IMG/VR virus record: IMGVR_UViG_3300006854_000010
Coordinates: 1 to 51,308 of that record
DNA length: 51,308 nucleotides
Source of the DNA: a virus
Taxonomy: Duplodnaviria > Caudoviricetes
Direction: 5' to 3' (one strand)
Shown piece after piece: positions 28,081 to 36,500 of the stretch (positions are counted from its first letter, which is position 1; each line of letters starts with the position of its first letter). The notes below the pieces were generated by a model. The model was not told the origin of the DNA. It worked only from the letters and a program-made list of their open reading frames with translations, and searched no databases. The position numbers and the translations under genes are program-made.

Positions 28081-28410
28081 ATGAACGCTGACGACTACTA
28101 CGGCATGACCGCCGCCGACATCGTGGCCGCCGACACGGTGCTCGAGCTGACGAGCCAGCGCCAGGCCCTGTGCGCAGTGGCCGCACGCGCGCTGCTGCAC
28201 GATGTGCCTGGAGATCCTGATCGGCTGGACGAATGCGTCAGCGCGGGCGCTGATCAGCCTGTTGACAGGTACGGCAACCCACTTAGCGGTGATCGCATCA
28301 TCAACTGCTGTTTCCCGGACTGCGGGTGTGATGGTGCAAGGCTTTGCCAAGCAGAGCGCGGCCCAAACTTCTGCTCTCGGTCTTGCAATATTGAGCGGAG
28401 CAGTCGATGA
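28081..28410 (+). CDS. Cys-rich hypothetical protein
   Basis: VDRYGN...NCCFPDCGCDGARLC. Confidence 0.5.
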   Translation: MNADDYYGMTAADIVAADTVLELTSQRQALCAVAARALLHDVPGDPDRLDECVSAGADQPVDRYGNPLSGDRIINCCFPDCGCDGARLCQAERGPNFCSRSCNIERSSR

Positions 28411-28703
28411 GCAGTGAACTATGCATTCCGCACTGGCCGTCAACGTGGCCCGTGGACGCAGACGGCTTCGAGTCCAACCTGTGCGAGGTGTGCGGCACGC
28501 CGACGCACTACGGGTCGCGGCACGTGCAGTGCGCGCCGGGGTGGGTTGAGCCGTCGCCGCAGACCGCCGATCAGCGCGCCTGGGCCGCCTATGGCAGGGC
28601 GTGGCCCGAGGCGATGTGCGGATACGAGTTCTACCACGCAGATGAGCTTGCTGCGGCTCGCGAGCGCGGCATTGCAATCGCTCGTAGGCTGAGGATTGAA
28701 TGA
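28407..28703 (+). CDS. Hypothetical protein
   Basis: Coupled ORF; C..CG...H..C. Confidence 0.5.
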   Translation: MSSELCIPHWPSTWPVDADGFESNLCEVCGTPTHYGSRHVQCAPGWVEPSPQTADQRAWAAYGRAWPEAMCGYEFYHADELAAARERGIAIARRLRIE

Positions 28704-29053
28704 TGAACATTCACCCGGCACCAATTGCTGCAGAGTACGCCATGGAGTACGCGCGAGGCCACCAGCAAGCCGCCATGTGGATCTGGTGGGCCATGCTGTG
28801 CGGCCAGGCGCCTGACATGCTGCAGTACAGCTACCGCACCGGAGTCAGCGCCGTGTGGGTGCAAGATACCGATATGCCGGGCAGGGAGCATGGGCATCTC
28901 GCTGCCGCGCCAGAGGCGAACGACTGGTCATGGCTCACGCGAGAGAACGCACAGCGGCAGATCCAGCGCGATGCGGACCGGTCGCGAGAGGCCGCTGAGT
29001 TCGAGGCGCGCAGGCAGAATGAGGTATTGCAATGGGACGGGGATAGGCCATAA
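28700..29053 (+). CDS. Hypothetical protein
   Basis: GAGG RBS; coupled ORF. Confidence 0.5.
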   Translation: MMNIHPAPIAAEYAMEYARGHQQAAMWIWWAMLCGQAPDMLQYSYRTGVSAVWVQDTDMPGREHGHLAAAPEANDWSWLTRENAQRQIQRDADRSREAAEFEARRQNEVLQWDGDRP

Positions 29054-29061
29054 TCACATCG

Positions 29062-29145
29062 TCCCCTGTAGCTCAGACGGGAGAGCACCAGCACGGAGAG
29101 ATACCGTGTTGTATGTCGGTGGTTCAACTCCATCCAGGGGGCTCA
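29062..29145 (+). tRNA. tRNA-like element with extended, non-canonical anticodon arm
   Basis: Acceptor TCCCCTG/CAGGGGG, D arm GCTC..GAGC, T arm GGTGG-TTCAACT-CCATC; 8-bp stem with AGAGATA loop. Confidence 0.55.
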
Positions 29146-29216
29146 AAATATAGGACGGCCCGAACTCAGGAGTCCTCGCGCGGCGGTTGCCTGGGCCAAA
29201 TTACACCGCGCACCTC

Positions 29217-29287
29217 GCCCCGGATTGGATTGCGGCGGACTTGTCTATCCGTGCAGCAGCGGTGTTCGATTCACCGCAGGGGCGCCA
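29217..29287 (+). tRNA. Degenerate tRNA-like element
   Basis: GCCCC/GGGGC-GCCA end, T arm CGGTG-TTCGATT-CACCG, 8-nt anticodon-like loop CTTGTCTA, poor D arm. Confidence 0.4.
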
Positions 29288-29294
29288 TAACGCA

Positions 29295-29370
29295 GCCCCG
29301 GTAGCTCAGCAGGTAGAGCAGCTACCTCGTAAGTAGTCGGTCGGTGGTTCTAGACCATCCCGGGGCACCA
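29295..29370 (+). tRNA. tRNA-Thr(CGT)
   Basis: 76-nt cloverleaf: GCCCCGG/CCGGGGC, D arm GCTC/GAGC, anticodon loop CT-CGT-AA, encoded ACCA end. Confidence 0.88.
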
Positions 29371-29631
29371 TCACTTCGGCCACGATGCGATGACCTTGAC
29401 TCCTTGTGCATCGCACAGCCCCAGCGCAGCCTCTGCGCGCAACAGCCGCTCTTCGGCCTGACGCACTGTCATCGCATCCGGTGGCGCCTCAAGGCTGCAC
29501 GGCGCCCACGTCGGCGCCGGCATCGACACCGGAGGCGTCGCGGAGCTTGCGCAGCCGGTCACCGAGCCCAGGCAGCACCACATCGCGAACGTCAACACCT
29601 TGCGGGCACTGGAGCGGCTCAGCGGGGACAT
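29371..29631 (-). CDS. o-spanin (Rz1-like lipoprotein)
   Basis: Lipobox VTGC, Pro-rich linker, overlaps the 3' half of the i-spanin in another frame. Confidence 0.65.
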   Translation of the reverse strand: MSPLSRSSARKVLTFAMWCCLGSVTGCASSATPPVSMPAPTWAPCSLEAPPDAMTVRQAEERLLRAEAALGLCDAQGVKVIASWPK

Positions 29632-29857
29632 GGATCACCTCACGTAGGACTTTGGACGATCGGCTAGCCAGCGCTGCATATTGAGCCTCAGCAACAGATC
29701 GGCTGACGTAGTTGCGCTGCAGGTACTCGGCCTGTGCGCGGGCCTGTAGCGCTTTGCTGGCGTCCCAATCTGCCTGCACAGACTTGCGTCCCAGGATCGC
29801 GCCGCCCAGAAACAGCGCCATGCCGATGACGCCTGCGCTGATCTGGGTGGGAGTCAC
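29489..29857 (-). CDS. i-spanin (Rz-like)
   Basis: N-terminal TM, G...VQADWD, helical periplasmic domain. Confidence 0.65.
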   Translation of the reverse strand: MTPTQISAGVIGMALFLGGAILGRKSVQADWDASKALQARAQAEYLQRNYVSRSVAEAQYAALASRSSKVLREVIHVPAEPLQCPQGVDVRDVVLPGLGDRLRKLRDASGVDAGADVGAVQP

Positions 29858-30096
29858 TATTCGAAGGCCGCGATGCGCTCTTCAAGCACAGCCGCATAGC
29901 CGTCCATGAATCTCGCTTGATTGCGAAGACGCGAACGCTCAGCCTCGCTCAGGCCCTCGAACATCTTGGTTTGGAAGAACGAGAGCAGCTTTGCGAGCTT
30001 CTCTGCAAGCTCTTCATTCTCGGCGACGACACGCTGCTGATGCGGCTTCAGTTCCATGCGAACTCCTGAGTTTGTGGGGCGCTGAGTATCGCTCAT
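29857..30096 (-). CDS. Conserved small phage protein
   Basis: PHQQRVV.E..EL..KL.KL..F...Q...M..Y..VL.ERIAAF; the true start may be the internal ATG (MELKP). Confidence 0.7.
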   Translation of the reverse strand: MSDTQRPTNSGVRMELKPHQQRVVAENEELAEKLAKLLSFFQTKMFEGLSEAERSRLRNQARFMDGYAAVLEERIAAFE

Positions 30097-30248
30097 CAGA
30101 AGGCGTCAAGCCTGCGCAGTAGGATAATTGACGGCTCAAGATCGCGCATCGCTGTGCGAAGGCACCTGCTTGCCACATACAGCCCAGGCATGCTTGTGGC
30201 CGTGAAGGTGTGCCACCCATCAACGCACTTGTACCTGATGCCAATCAC
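30096..30248 (-). CDS. 50-aa HicB-N-terminal-like protein (not in ORF track)
   Basis: Manual translation: MIGIRYKCVDGWHTFTATSMPGLYVASRCLRTAMRDLEPSIILLRRLDAF. Confidence 0.4.
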   Translation of the reverse strand: MIGIRYKCVDGWHTFTATSMPGLYVASRCLRTAMRDLEPSIILLRRLDAF

Positions 30249-30251
30249 TAT

Positions 30252-30440
30252 TCAGAATCCATGCCCATCATCAGGCGGCGCAGTCTGCGCGACGAGATCA
30301 TGGGCTTGCTGGCGAGTCATCAAAGGGCCAAGCTGGGCATGCATCTTCCGCGCGTAGTCCAGTGCCACAGTCTCATCGGTGAAGAACGCATAGGCCCCCT
30401 GGGCGTCGATCACGGTGCGCACGAGTTCGATGTGTTCCAC
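30252..30440 (-). CDS. Small hypothetical protein
   Basis: GGAG RBS, GTG start, 62 aa. Confidence 0.45.
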   Translation of the reverse strand: MEHIELVRTVIDAQGAYAFFTDETVALDYARKMHAQLGPLMTRQQAHDLVAQTAPPDDGHGF

Positions 30441-30452
30441 GTCGCCTGCTCC

Positions 30453-30716
30453 CTATGCTGTTTGGTCTGCGCCACCATTCTGCGGCCGGTGGCGGATCTT
30501 GCGCAAGTCGCGCCACAGCATTGCCTCACCGATGCATGACGCCACGACAGCGGCCGGCAGCATCCACCCGGGCAGCGCCATGCCGAATGTGATGCAGATC
30601 CCTGACAGCGCGAAGAGCGCCAGGCCGACCGTTAGCACAACCCCGGTTTCGATGTGCGGATCCAGGGCCGGCCACACGGCCAACAGGATGATGACCACAC
30701 CTACGAACTCGCTCAT
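30453..30716 (-). CDS. Small multi-pass membrane protein in the lysis cassette
   Basis: Three hydrophobic segments, basic C-terminus; overlaps the holin stop. Confidence 0.6.
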   Translation of the reverse strand: MSEFVGVVIILLAVWPALDPHIETGVVLTVGLALFALSGICITFGMALPGWMLPAAVVASCIGEAMLWRDLRKIRHRPQNGGADQTA

Positions 30717-31051
30717 TTTCCAATCCCCTTCAGCGCGTTGAGCGCATTCACCAAGCGCCCAAGCAAGTCGGGCGCATCCGCTGACTTCGCCCACCGTAGC
30801 GCGCTGTCGAAAATCACGATGCCGAAGGCGCCAACGAACCCGACCACGGCTGCAGAAGCGGTCGCGTCGCCGGCGGCCCCAAGGTAGCGAGCCAGCAGCG
30901 GGCCGAAGAGCGTGGCAGCGCCCCACGACGAAGCCAGGTAGCCGAGGCGGACCAGCAGGCCGGCCGGTCCCAGCGCACGCTGCCCGAGCAGTGCACCGAG
31001 GAATCCTGGGACCCAGGGGTTGCCGATCAAATCATCTGGCTTCAGATCCAT
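30713..31051 (-). CDS. Putative holin
   Basis: 112 aa, about three TM segments (PGFLGALLG; AVVGFVGAFG), charged C-terminus, upstream of spanins. Confidence 0.65.
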   Translation of the reverse strand: MDLKPDDLIGNPWVPGFLGALLGQRALGPAGLLVRLGYLASSWGAATLFGPLLARYLGAAGDATASAAVVGFVGAFGIVIFDSALRWAKSADAPDLLGRLVNALNALKGIGK

Positions 31052-31448
31052 TTCGGCCCCATAGTAGACCCATCACAAACACCGCGAGCGATGATAGCCC
31101 GATGGCGGCCATTGGCACACCCAGGTGGCGCCCGCAGAGCCCCTGCCATTGCCCCGGCTCGCCCGTGGCGCCCGAGAACCCGGCCACCCCACATGCCTGC
31201 GTCAGCACGGCCTCTGCGCCGTACCAAGCGGCCGCCGCAAGCGTCACTGCCCGCGCCGTCCGATGCCGCATCAGTGCCACAGCGAAGATCGCCACGCACG
31301 CCCACAGGGCCGCCGCCTGGACAGCATCGGCGATGTAGTGCGCCCATTGGCGCTGCCCAGCATCGGCGAACAGGTGCTCGCCGTAGACGGCAAAGCCGCC
31401 AAGCACGACGGCGGCAGCCGACCACCAGGGCGTAGGCGGGTAGCGCAT
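31032..31448 (-). CDS. Four-pass membrane protein with a two-Cys loop
   Basis: MRYPPTPWW start overlaps the peptide stop; 138 aa; ACG...GLCG loop. Confidence 0.65.
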   Translation of the reverse strand: MRYPPTPWWSAAAVVLGGFAVYGEHLFADAGQRQWAHYIADAVQAAALWACVAIFAVALMRHRTARAVTLAAAAWYGAEAVLTQACGVAGFSGATGEPGQWQGLCGRHLGVPMAAIGLSSLAVFVMGLLWGRNGSEAR

Positions 31449-31585
31449 CACTTCGGCAGCGTGGGCGGACCGCTGCCGCCGCCACCTTGCGGCTTGACCT
31501 GGCCACTTCCGCCGCCGCCCAGCACGCGCACGACCCAGCGATAGGCTGCGGCTATGGCAGCGTGGATGCGTTTGATGGTATTCAT
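31448..31585 (-). CDS. 45-aa peptide with two GGGGSG repeats (not in ORF track)
   Basis: MNTIKRIHAAIAAAYRWVVRVLGGGGSGQVKPQGGGGSGPPTLPK; start overlaps the tailspike stop and stop overlaps the next start; AAGGA RBS. Confidence 0.7.
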   Translation of the reverse strand: MNTIKRIHAAIAAAYRWVVRVLGGGGSGQVKPQGGGGSGPPTLPK

Positions 31586-33588
31586 AGCTGGAATCCTTGC
31601 ACCTCAATTACGCCGGCGGATGACAATATTCCGCCGGTTCCAACAATTTTAAGCTGATTCGATGTGGTATCGACGACGAACTCGGGCACTGCGGGCGTAT
31701 AGTTCACCCACGTATTTAGGGCCTGTGTTTGCGCGTTTGCAATTGTGACGTATCTAGTATCAAGCGCCTGGTCACCGAATCTTAGTGTTGTAAACCCCGT
31801 GGCATTGGCCGTCATATACACACGCACAAGCGTAGGCACAAAACTGCCAGGCAAGAAATCGACGATGCCACCGCTTACAGATGATGCCCCCCACGTATAC
31901 CGCTTAGAGATGAACTTTTTACGCAGATCTGTGCCGAAGAATTTTGTGCTTACTTGAGACGGGCCGAGTGCGTTTCCTGATGTCCCAGAATTTGACTCAC
32001 CTATTACGAACATCTTCGACCCGAACCCCGGCTCTCCTGACGGGACCGTCAGCTTAATTGCTACAGAGTCCAAGCAAGTATTAGCATCAAATATCACGGG
32101 GTACGAGAAATTCCCATCTGAAGAGGATAGAGTAAGTTTTTCGCACCATAGACTTGCGTCATTGCCAAAGAACTCGCACCCAGTAATGTCTAAAACTGCC
32201 GATGTGCTGGCATTGGCGCCCAGTGGCGCATACCTGTAGATTGCTGCACCAGTGCCAGTATTGGTGTTTTGTTCGAAGTGAACGCCTTTGCAAATGAGGC
32301 TCTGCGAGAACTTGGTTTTAATGCCGATCTTGCCGTCTCCGATGGAGCCGCCTACGAATTTGAAATCGCCGCCATCAGCATCCTCATTTAGTGAATAGGC
32401 CACGTCACAGAATTCGCCAGTGCAGCTTTCAAATGTTGTTTGCCCGCCCGCCGTACTTGCGGCGCCCTTTGCGATCTTCACCCCCGTGGTGCTGAACCCC
32501 CAGAAACTTTTGCGGAATGTGTTTAGATAGGCGGTTCCTGTGAAATCAACAGAACTCTGAAAAAATGCGAATACCACATTATCCGTTGAGCATTCACGGA
32601 TGTGGAAGTCCCCGGCGTTTACTGTAGTGTCAACCCCGACAGCGGCTAGCGGTAGGGCTCCGGAGCGTCCATAAATTGCAATGTCTTTGAAGTGCACATC
32701 AGTTATTCCATACTGACCGAAAGCGTAGTTGGCCGTTGCTGCTACTAACGTGAAAGCATTCTTTGCTGTGTTGGTTTGCACAACTGCCCCACCGGCCCCA
32801 CCAGTGTATGCATTCATGAAGCTGCCGGGTCCGTCACTACGCACGGTCATGGGCTTTGTTATTCGCACGTCATCTGTTAGTTTGTATTTGAAACCGCCCG
32901 GCACGTACATAGTGCCGCCATTTGGCGTGGCTACAGAGCAGTTGCGAAACGCTGTCGTGTCATCTGTGCCGGTCGTGCCATTCCAGTCCCCAACTGCACC
33001 GTATCTGAAGACGTTGTAAGGCGCGTAAGCATAATTTGTTGGCGTTATGCCGCCGGCTACTTCAGATGCCGTCCTGCCGAACGTGTATTGCAGGAATTTA
33101 CCAAGGCCCCCTAGATACGTGAGCGAGCCGACAAATGTTGCAATCATGCCCAACCCATTGCTCGCGCTGGTGGGGTCGGCGAGTCGGGCAAGGATGCTGG
33201 CGGCAGTGCTGGCAACGAAGCCGATTGACGATGTGCCGATGGTGATCGGGTTCGCTGTGGACACCTCGAACCACAGGTCGCCATTGAACTGGTAAACGTG
33301 GACTACCGTTCCCCTGACGATGTCGCGCGCACCGTCAAAATCTCTGGCGCGAGTCCATGTGCCTGCGCCCGGATTCCATATCCCGTTGTCGATTGGATTG
33401 GTCTGATCTTTCACCAGGATGCGCAGCGGGTTGCCGTCGTCCTGCGTGAGCGTTGAACCCCAGGTGCCGCCAGCCTGCACCGCCAGACCGGACAGCGTGA
33501 TATTCGCCGTCGTGGTGTAGTCGCACGCGGTCTTCATTGCCAGGCTGCTGGATACGCCTGCGATACGGTCGATCTGTGTGGTGCTCAT
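31582..33588 (-). CDS. Tailspike/tail fibre with beta-helix (depolymerase-like) domain
   Basis: N-terminal virion anchor (TTANITLSG, RILVKDQT...NGIW, WTRARDFD); NVFRYGAVGD...TDDTTAF pectate-lyase-3-like start. Confidence 0.85.
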   Translation of the reverse strand: MSTTQIDRIAGVSSSLAMKTACDYTTTANITLSGLAVQAGGTWGSTLTQDDGNPLRILVKDQTNPIDNGIWNPGAGTWTRARDFDGARDIVRGTVVHVYQFNGDLWFEVSTANPITIGTSSIGFVASTAASILARLADPTSASNGLGMIATFVGSLTYLGGLGKFLQYTFGRTASEVAGGITPTNYAYAPYNVFRYGAVGDWNGTTGTDDTTAFRNCSVATPNGGTMYVPGGFKYKLTDDVRITKPMTVRSDGPGSFMNAYTGGAGGAVVQTNTAKNAFTLVAATANYAFGQYGITDVHFKDIAIYGRSGALPLAAVGVDTTVNAGDFHIRECSTDNVVFAFFQSSVDFTGTAYLNTFRKSFWGFSTTGVKIAKGAASTAGGQTTFESCTGEFCDVAYSLNEDADGGDFKFVGGSIGDGKIGIKTKFSQSLICKGVHFEQNTNTGTGAAIYRYAPLGANASTSAVLDITGCEFFGNDASLWCEKLTLSSSDGNFSYPVIFDANTCLDSVAIKLTVPSGEPGFGSKMFVIGESNSGTSGNALGPSQVSTKFFGTDLRKKFISKRYTWGASSVSGGIVDFLPGSFVPTLVRVYMTANATGFTTLRFGDQALDTRYVTIANAQTQALNTWVNYTPAVPEFVVDTTSNQLKIVGTGGILSSAGVIEVQGFQL

Positions 33589-33594
33589 ATGGTG

Positions 33595-36500
33595 CTATTG
33601 CTTAGATTGTGGCGATGGTACGCCAGTGATGGAGCCGCGCACGGCATCTGCTGGTCCGGTGGGCGTAACGCGATCCTGCGCCACGTCTGCAAGGTATCCA
33701 AGCGGCCGGGCCAGGGCCGGCGCCGGCAGGCCAACAGTGACAGCGATCAAGGCGGCCACATCCTTGACTGCCTTGCGCGCAGAGCCTTCGCCTGCCACGG
33801 CGTCATAGACTGACCGCGGAGAGTGGGCAGCCCGCTCGATCATGCTGATTGCTGGCGCAGTGCCAACGCGATCATCGTAGGGCTTGTTGTTCCACGAGTT
33901 GATTGCGACGTTGGCGACTGGGCCGACGATTGGAACCATCGCCCAGGCCGACCTGCCAAGCCCGAGCCCAAGGCTTGCAAGCCAGTCGTCGATATAGCCA
34001 TCCCCATCATCATCTGCCGGGCCGCCGCGCGCAGCCTGAACGATCACTTCGCTGATGAGCGCAGGAACAAAGAACCCCATGGTGAAGACGTAGAGCCCTC
34101 GGCCCATGCCGGCGCGCAGGCCCAGCTCGCGTTGCGTCTTTGCGAACTCGGTCCCGAGCAGGTTCGCTTGCATATTAAAGTATCCCTGGAACTGCGTGAG
34201 CACCCGAGTTATAGCCGTGCCGGCCTCGAAGTTGCTGATATCCTCCGGCAAGTTGCTGCCCTGGGTTTCTCGCACTACTGAATCAGCCTGTCGGCGCGCG
34301 TCAAGCTCGCCAACTCCGGCCTCCATGGCCTCGTTGTACGCGCCCGTCCAAATGATCGGCCCCATCACGTTGTCCACGGCAGACTGCATGAAGTACGCAT
34401 GCCGAGCCGCCCAAGCCTGCGCCTTCTGAAACACGTTCGGATTCAGCAGGATCTCATCAATCGCAGAGTTCATCGCGTGCACCTCACTATCCATGCGCGA
34501 TGACATGTATGAAGAGGCTTCTGCCACGCTCTTGGCGGTCTTGCTGGGATTCTTGAGGTATTGCACCAGCCCGGCGCGCAGATGCTTCGGCTTCACGCGC
34601 AGGGCCGCCAGGCCAAAGCCAGTGATCTGCTGCGCCGCATTCACCACGTTGGCGAACATCGCAGCCATGCCGGCGCGCGATCGAGCGATGCTGATGTAGC
34701 GCATCAGGCCGTTGTACGCCGGCACCGGAGTTTCGATCTGCTGGCGCGCCGCCCGGTTCAGCCACGGTATCAGCATGCCATCGTAGGCGCTCGGGTCCAT
34801 GCGCGAAAGCGGCTCGCGCACTGACGAATCGCCCAGCAGCCGGCGCACCTCGCGCACTGGGCGCTCCATGTGGGTGAACATCAGCACCTTGTCCAGGTGG
34901 CCGCTCAGGCTGCGCAAGTCCAGCAGCAGCGCCTTGTTGTACTCGACCCGCCCCTTGGTGAATCCCTTGGATGTGGACGGGTACGCCTGCGCCATCGTCT
35001 GGTTTTCTTCCTCAATGATGGCGCGGGTCTTGGCATCGCTCACAGCGCGTGGGTCAGCCATGGCCGGCACGTAGCCGCCGCGATAGGTCCCGAACGGTGT
35101 CACAACCTCGTTCGCCGTGATCTCATCGAAGCTGCGCCCGAATACCTCCCGGTGCGTTTTCTGGGCTTCAGCCTTCATCTCTTCCAGCAGATCCCACACG
35201 CCCTGCGCAAAGTCGTACTCGGCCTTGCCGATCACGCCCGTGTCGTGCATGCGCTTCAGGAACGCGTCCCACTTCGTCGTGTCGAGCGTTCCGTCTGCGT
35301 TTTGCGTGGCCCACCTGCGCCCCAGAAGCAGCTTGCGCTTGTTGCTGTCGTTGCCGGTGTGCAGGATGGCGTGGATGATCTCCTGCTTGCCGCTGCCGCC
35401 AGTATCTCGACCGAATGTGTAGCCAAGCTCCTTCGCTTCGATGCGCGAGCTTCCAAGGTCCAGCTTGTCCAGCAGAGCCAGGTAGCGCTTGCGATAGGCG
35501 GCCTGGGCGGCCCGGTACTTGTCGGCCGCATCCTTGATCGGGTTGAACACGTACTTGCGGAACGCGCCTTGGTGGCCAAGATCGCGCGCGTTCACCCACG
35601 ATTCAACCCGGCGCAGGCCGGCGCGCGCAGATCGCAGCGTGGCCACAACCGTTTCGGCCGGCGTGACCGCGTAGCCTTCGCCAGGAATACGGCCTGGCAC
35701 ACCCTCTGCCGCCAGTGATGCAGCCACCTCTTCGGCCGCCTCCTGCTGGTCGATCAGGTTGCCATCGATCTCCATCTGCCGCACGCGCCTGGATTGCGCC
35801 CACCACACGTCAAGCTCGTCAGTCAGCGCGCGGAACTCGTCCACCGTGGTGAGCTTGTAGTCCTTCGCGTCGGCAGTCAGTTGCGCCACAGCATCGAACA
35901 TCCGCGCATGACTGTCCGGGTCGTGACCCTTGAGCGCCTCCAGGTACTTCATGGCCGGCTCGCCCTTGGTGCCGATGCCGTAGTCCGCCAGTATGGCGCG
36001 CATGGCCTGCACCATGTCTGCGTCGCGCGTCTTCGCCACCTCCTTGATGGACTTGTTGGCGGCGCGTCGGTATACGTCCACCTTGCGTTTGATGAGTGCC
36101 TGGGCGTCACGTGCCGCGGCGGCGGCGTAGACGTTCACCAGCTCGTTGCGCTTCTCCGTCGCAGCCTTGGCGATGTCGCCGGCCTTGAATGCCTTGTTCG
36201 CAGCAATGGCCGCCTTGCGCGCCGCCGCCTCGAACTTCTCCGGCCGCAGCTCGCCGACCTTCTGCCAGCCGACAACTTGGGCCGCGAACGCCTTGGCCGC
36301 CTTGGTGACCGTCTTCGTGCGCGTGCCAGCCGCTTTCTCCAGGGCGCCAAGCTCCGTTGCCAGCACGCGGGCGCGGGCATCGTTCGACACCGCTTCTAGG
36401 GCCGCCTGCGCAAGTTCTTCGGGGTTGGCGATGTCGCCGTAGCGCTCCATCATCATGGCGTCGGTCTGCGCCTCCACGGCCTGGGCCGGAGTCATCGCCA

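Noticed and set aside
29295-29370. tRNA as an attP/attB integration site
   Set aside because: No integrase and no duplicated tRNA 3' end were found in the window.
31582-33588. Diversity-generating retroelement as in BPP-1
   Set aside because: No reverse transcriptase ORF and no TR/VR repeat pair were seen.
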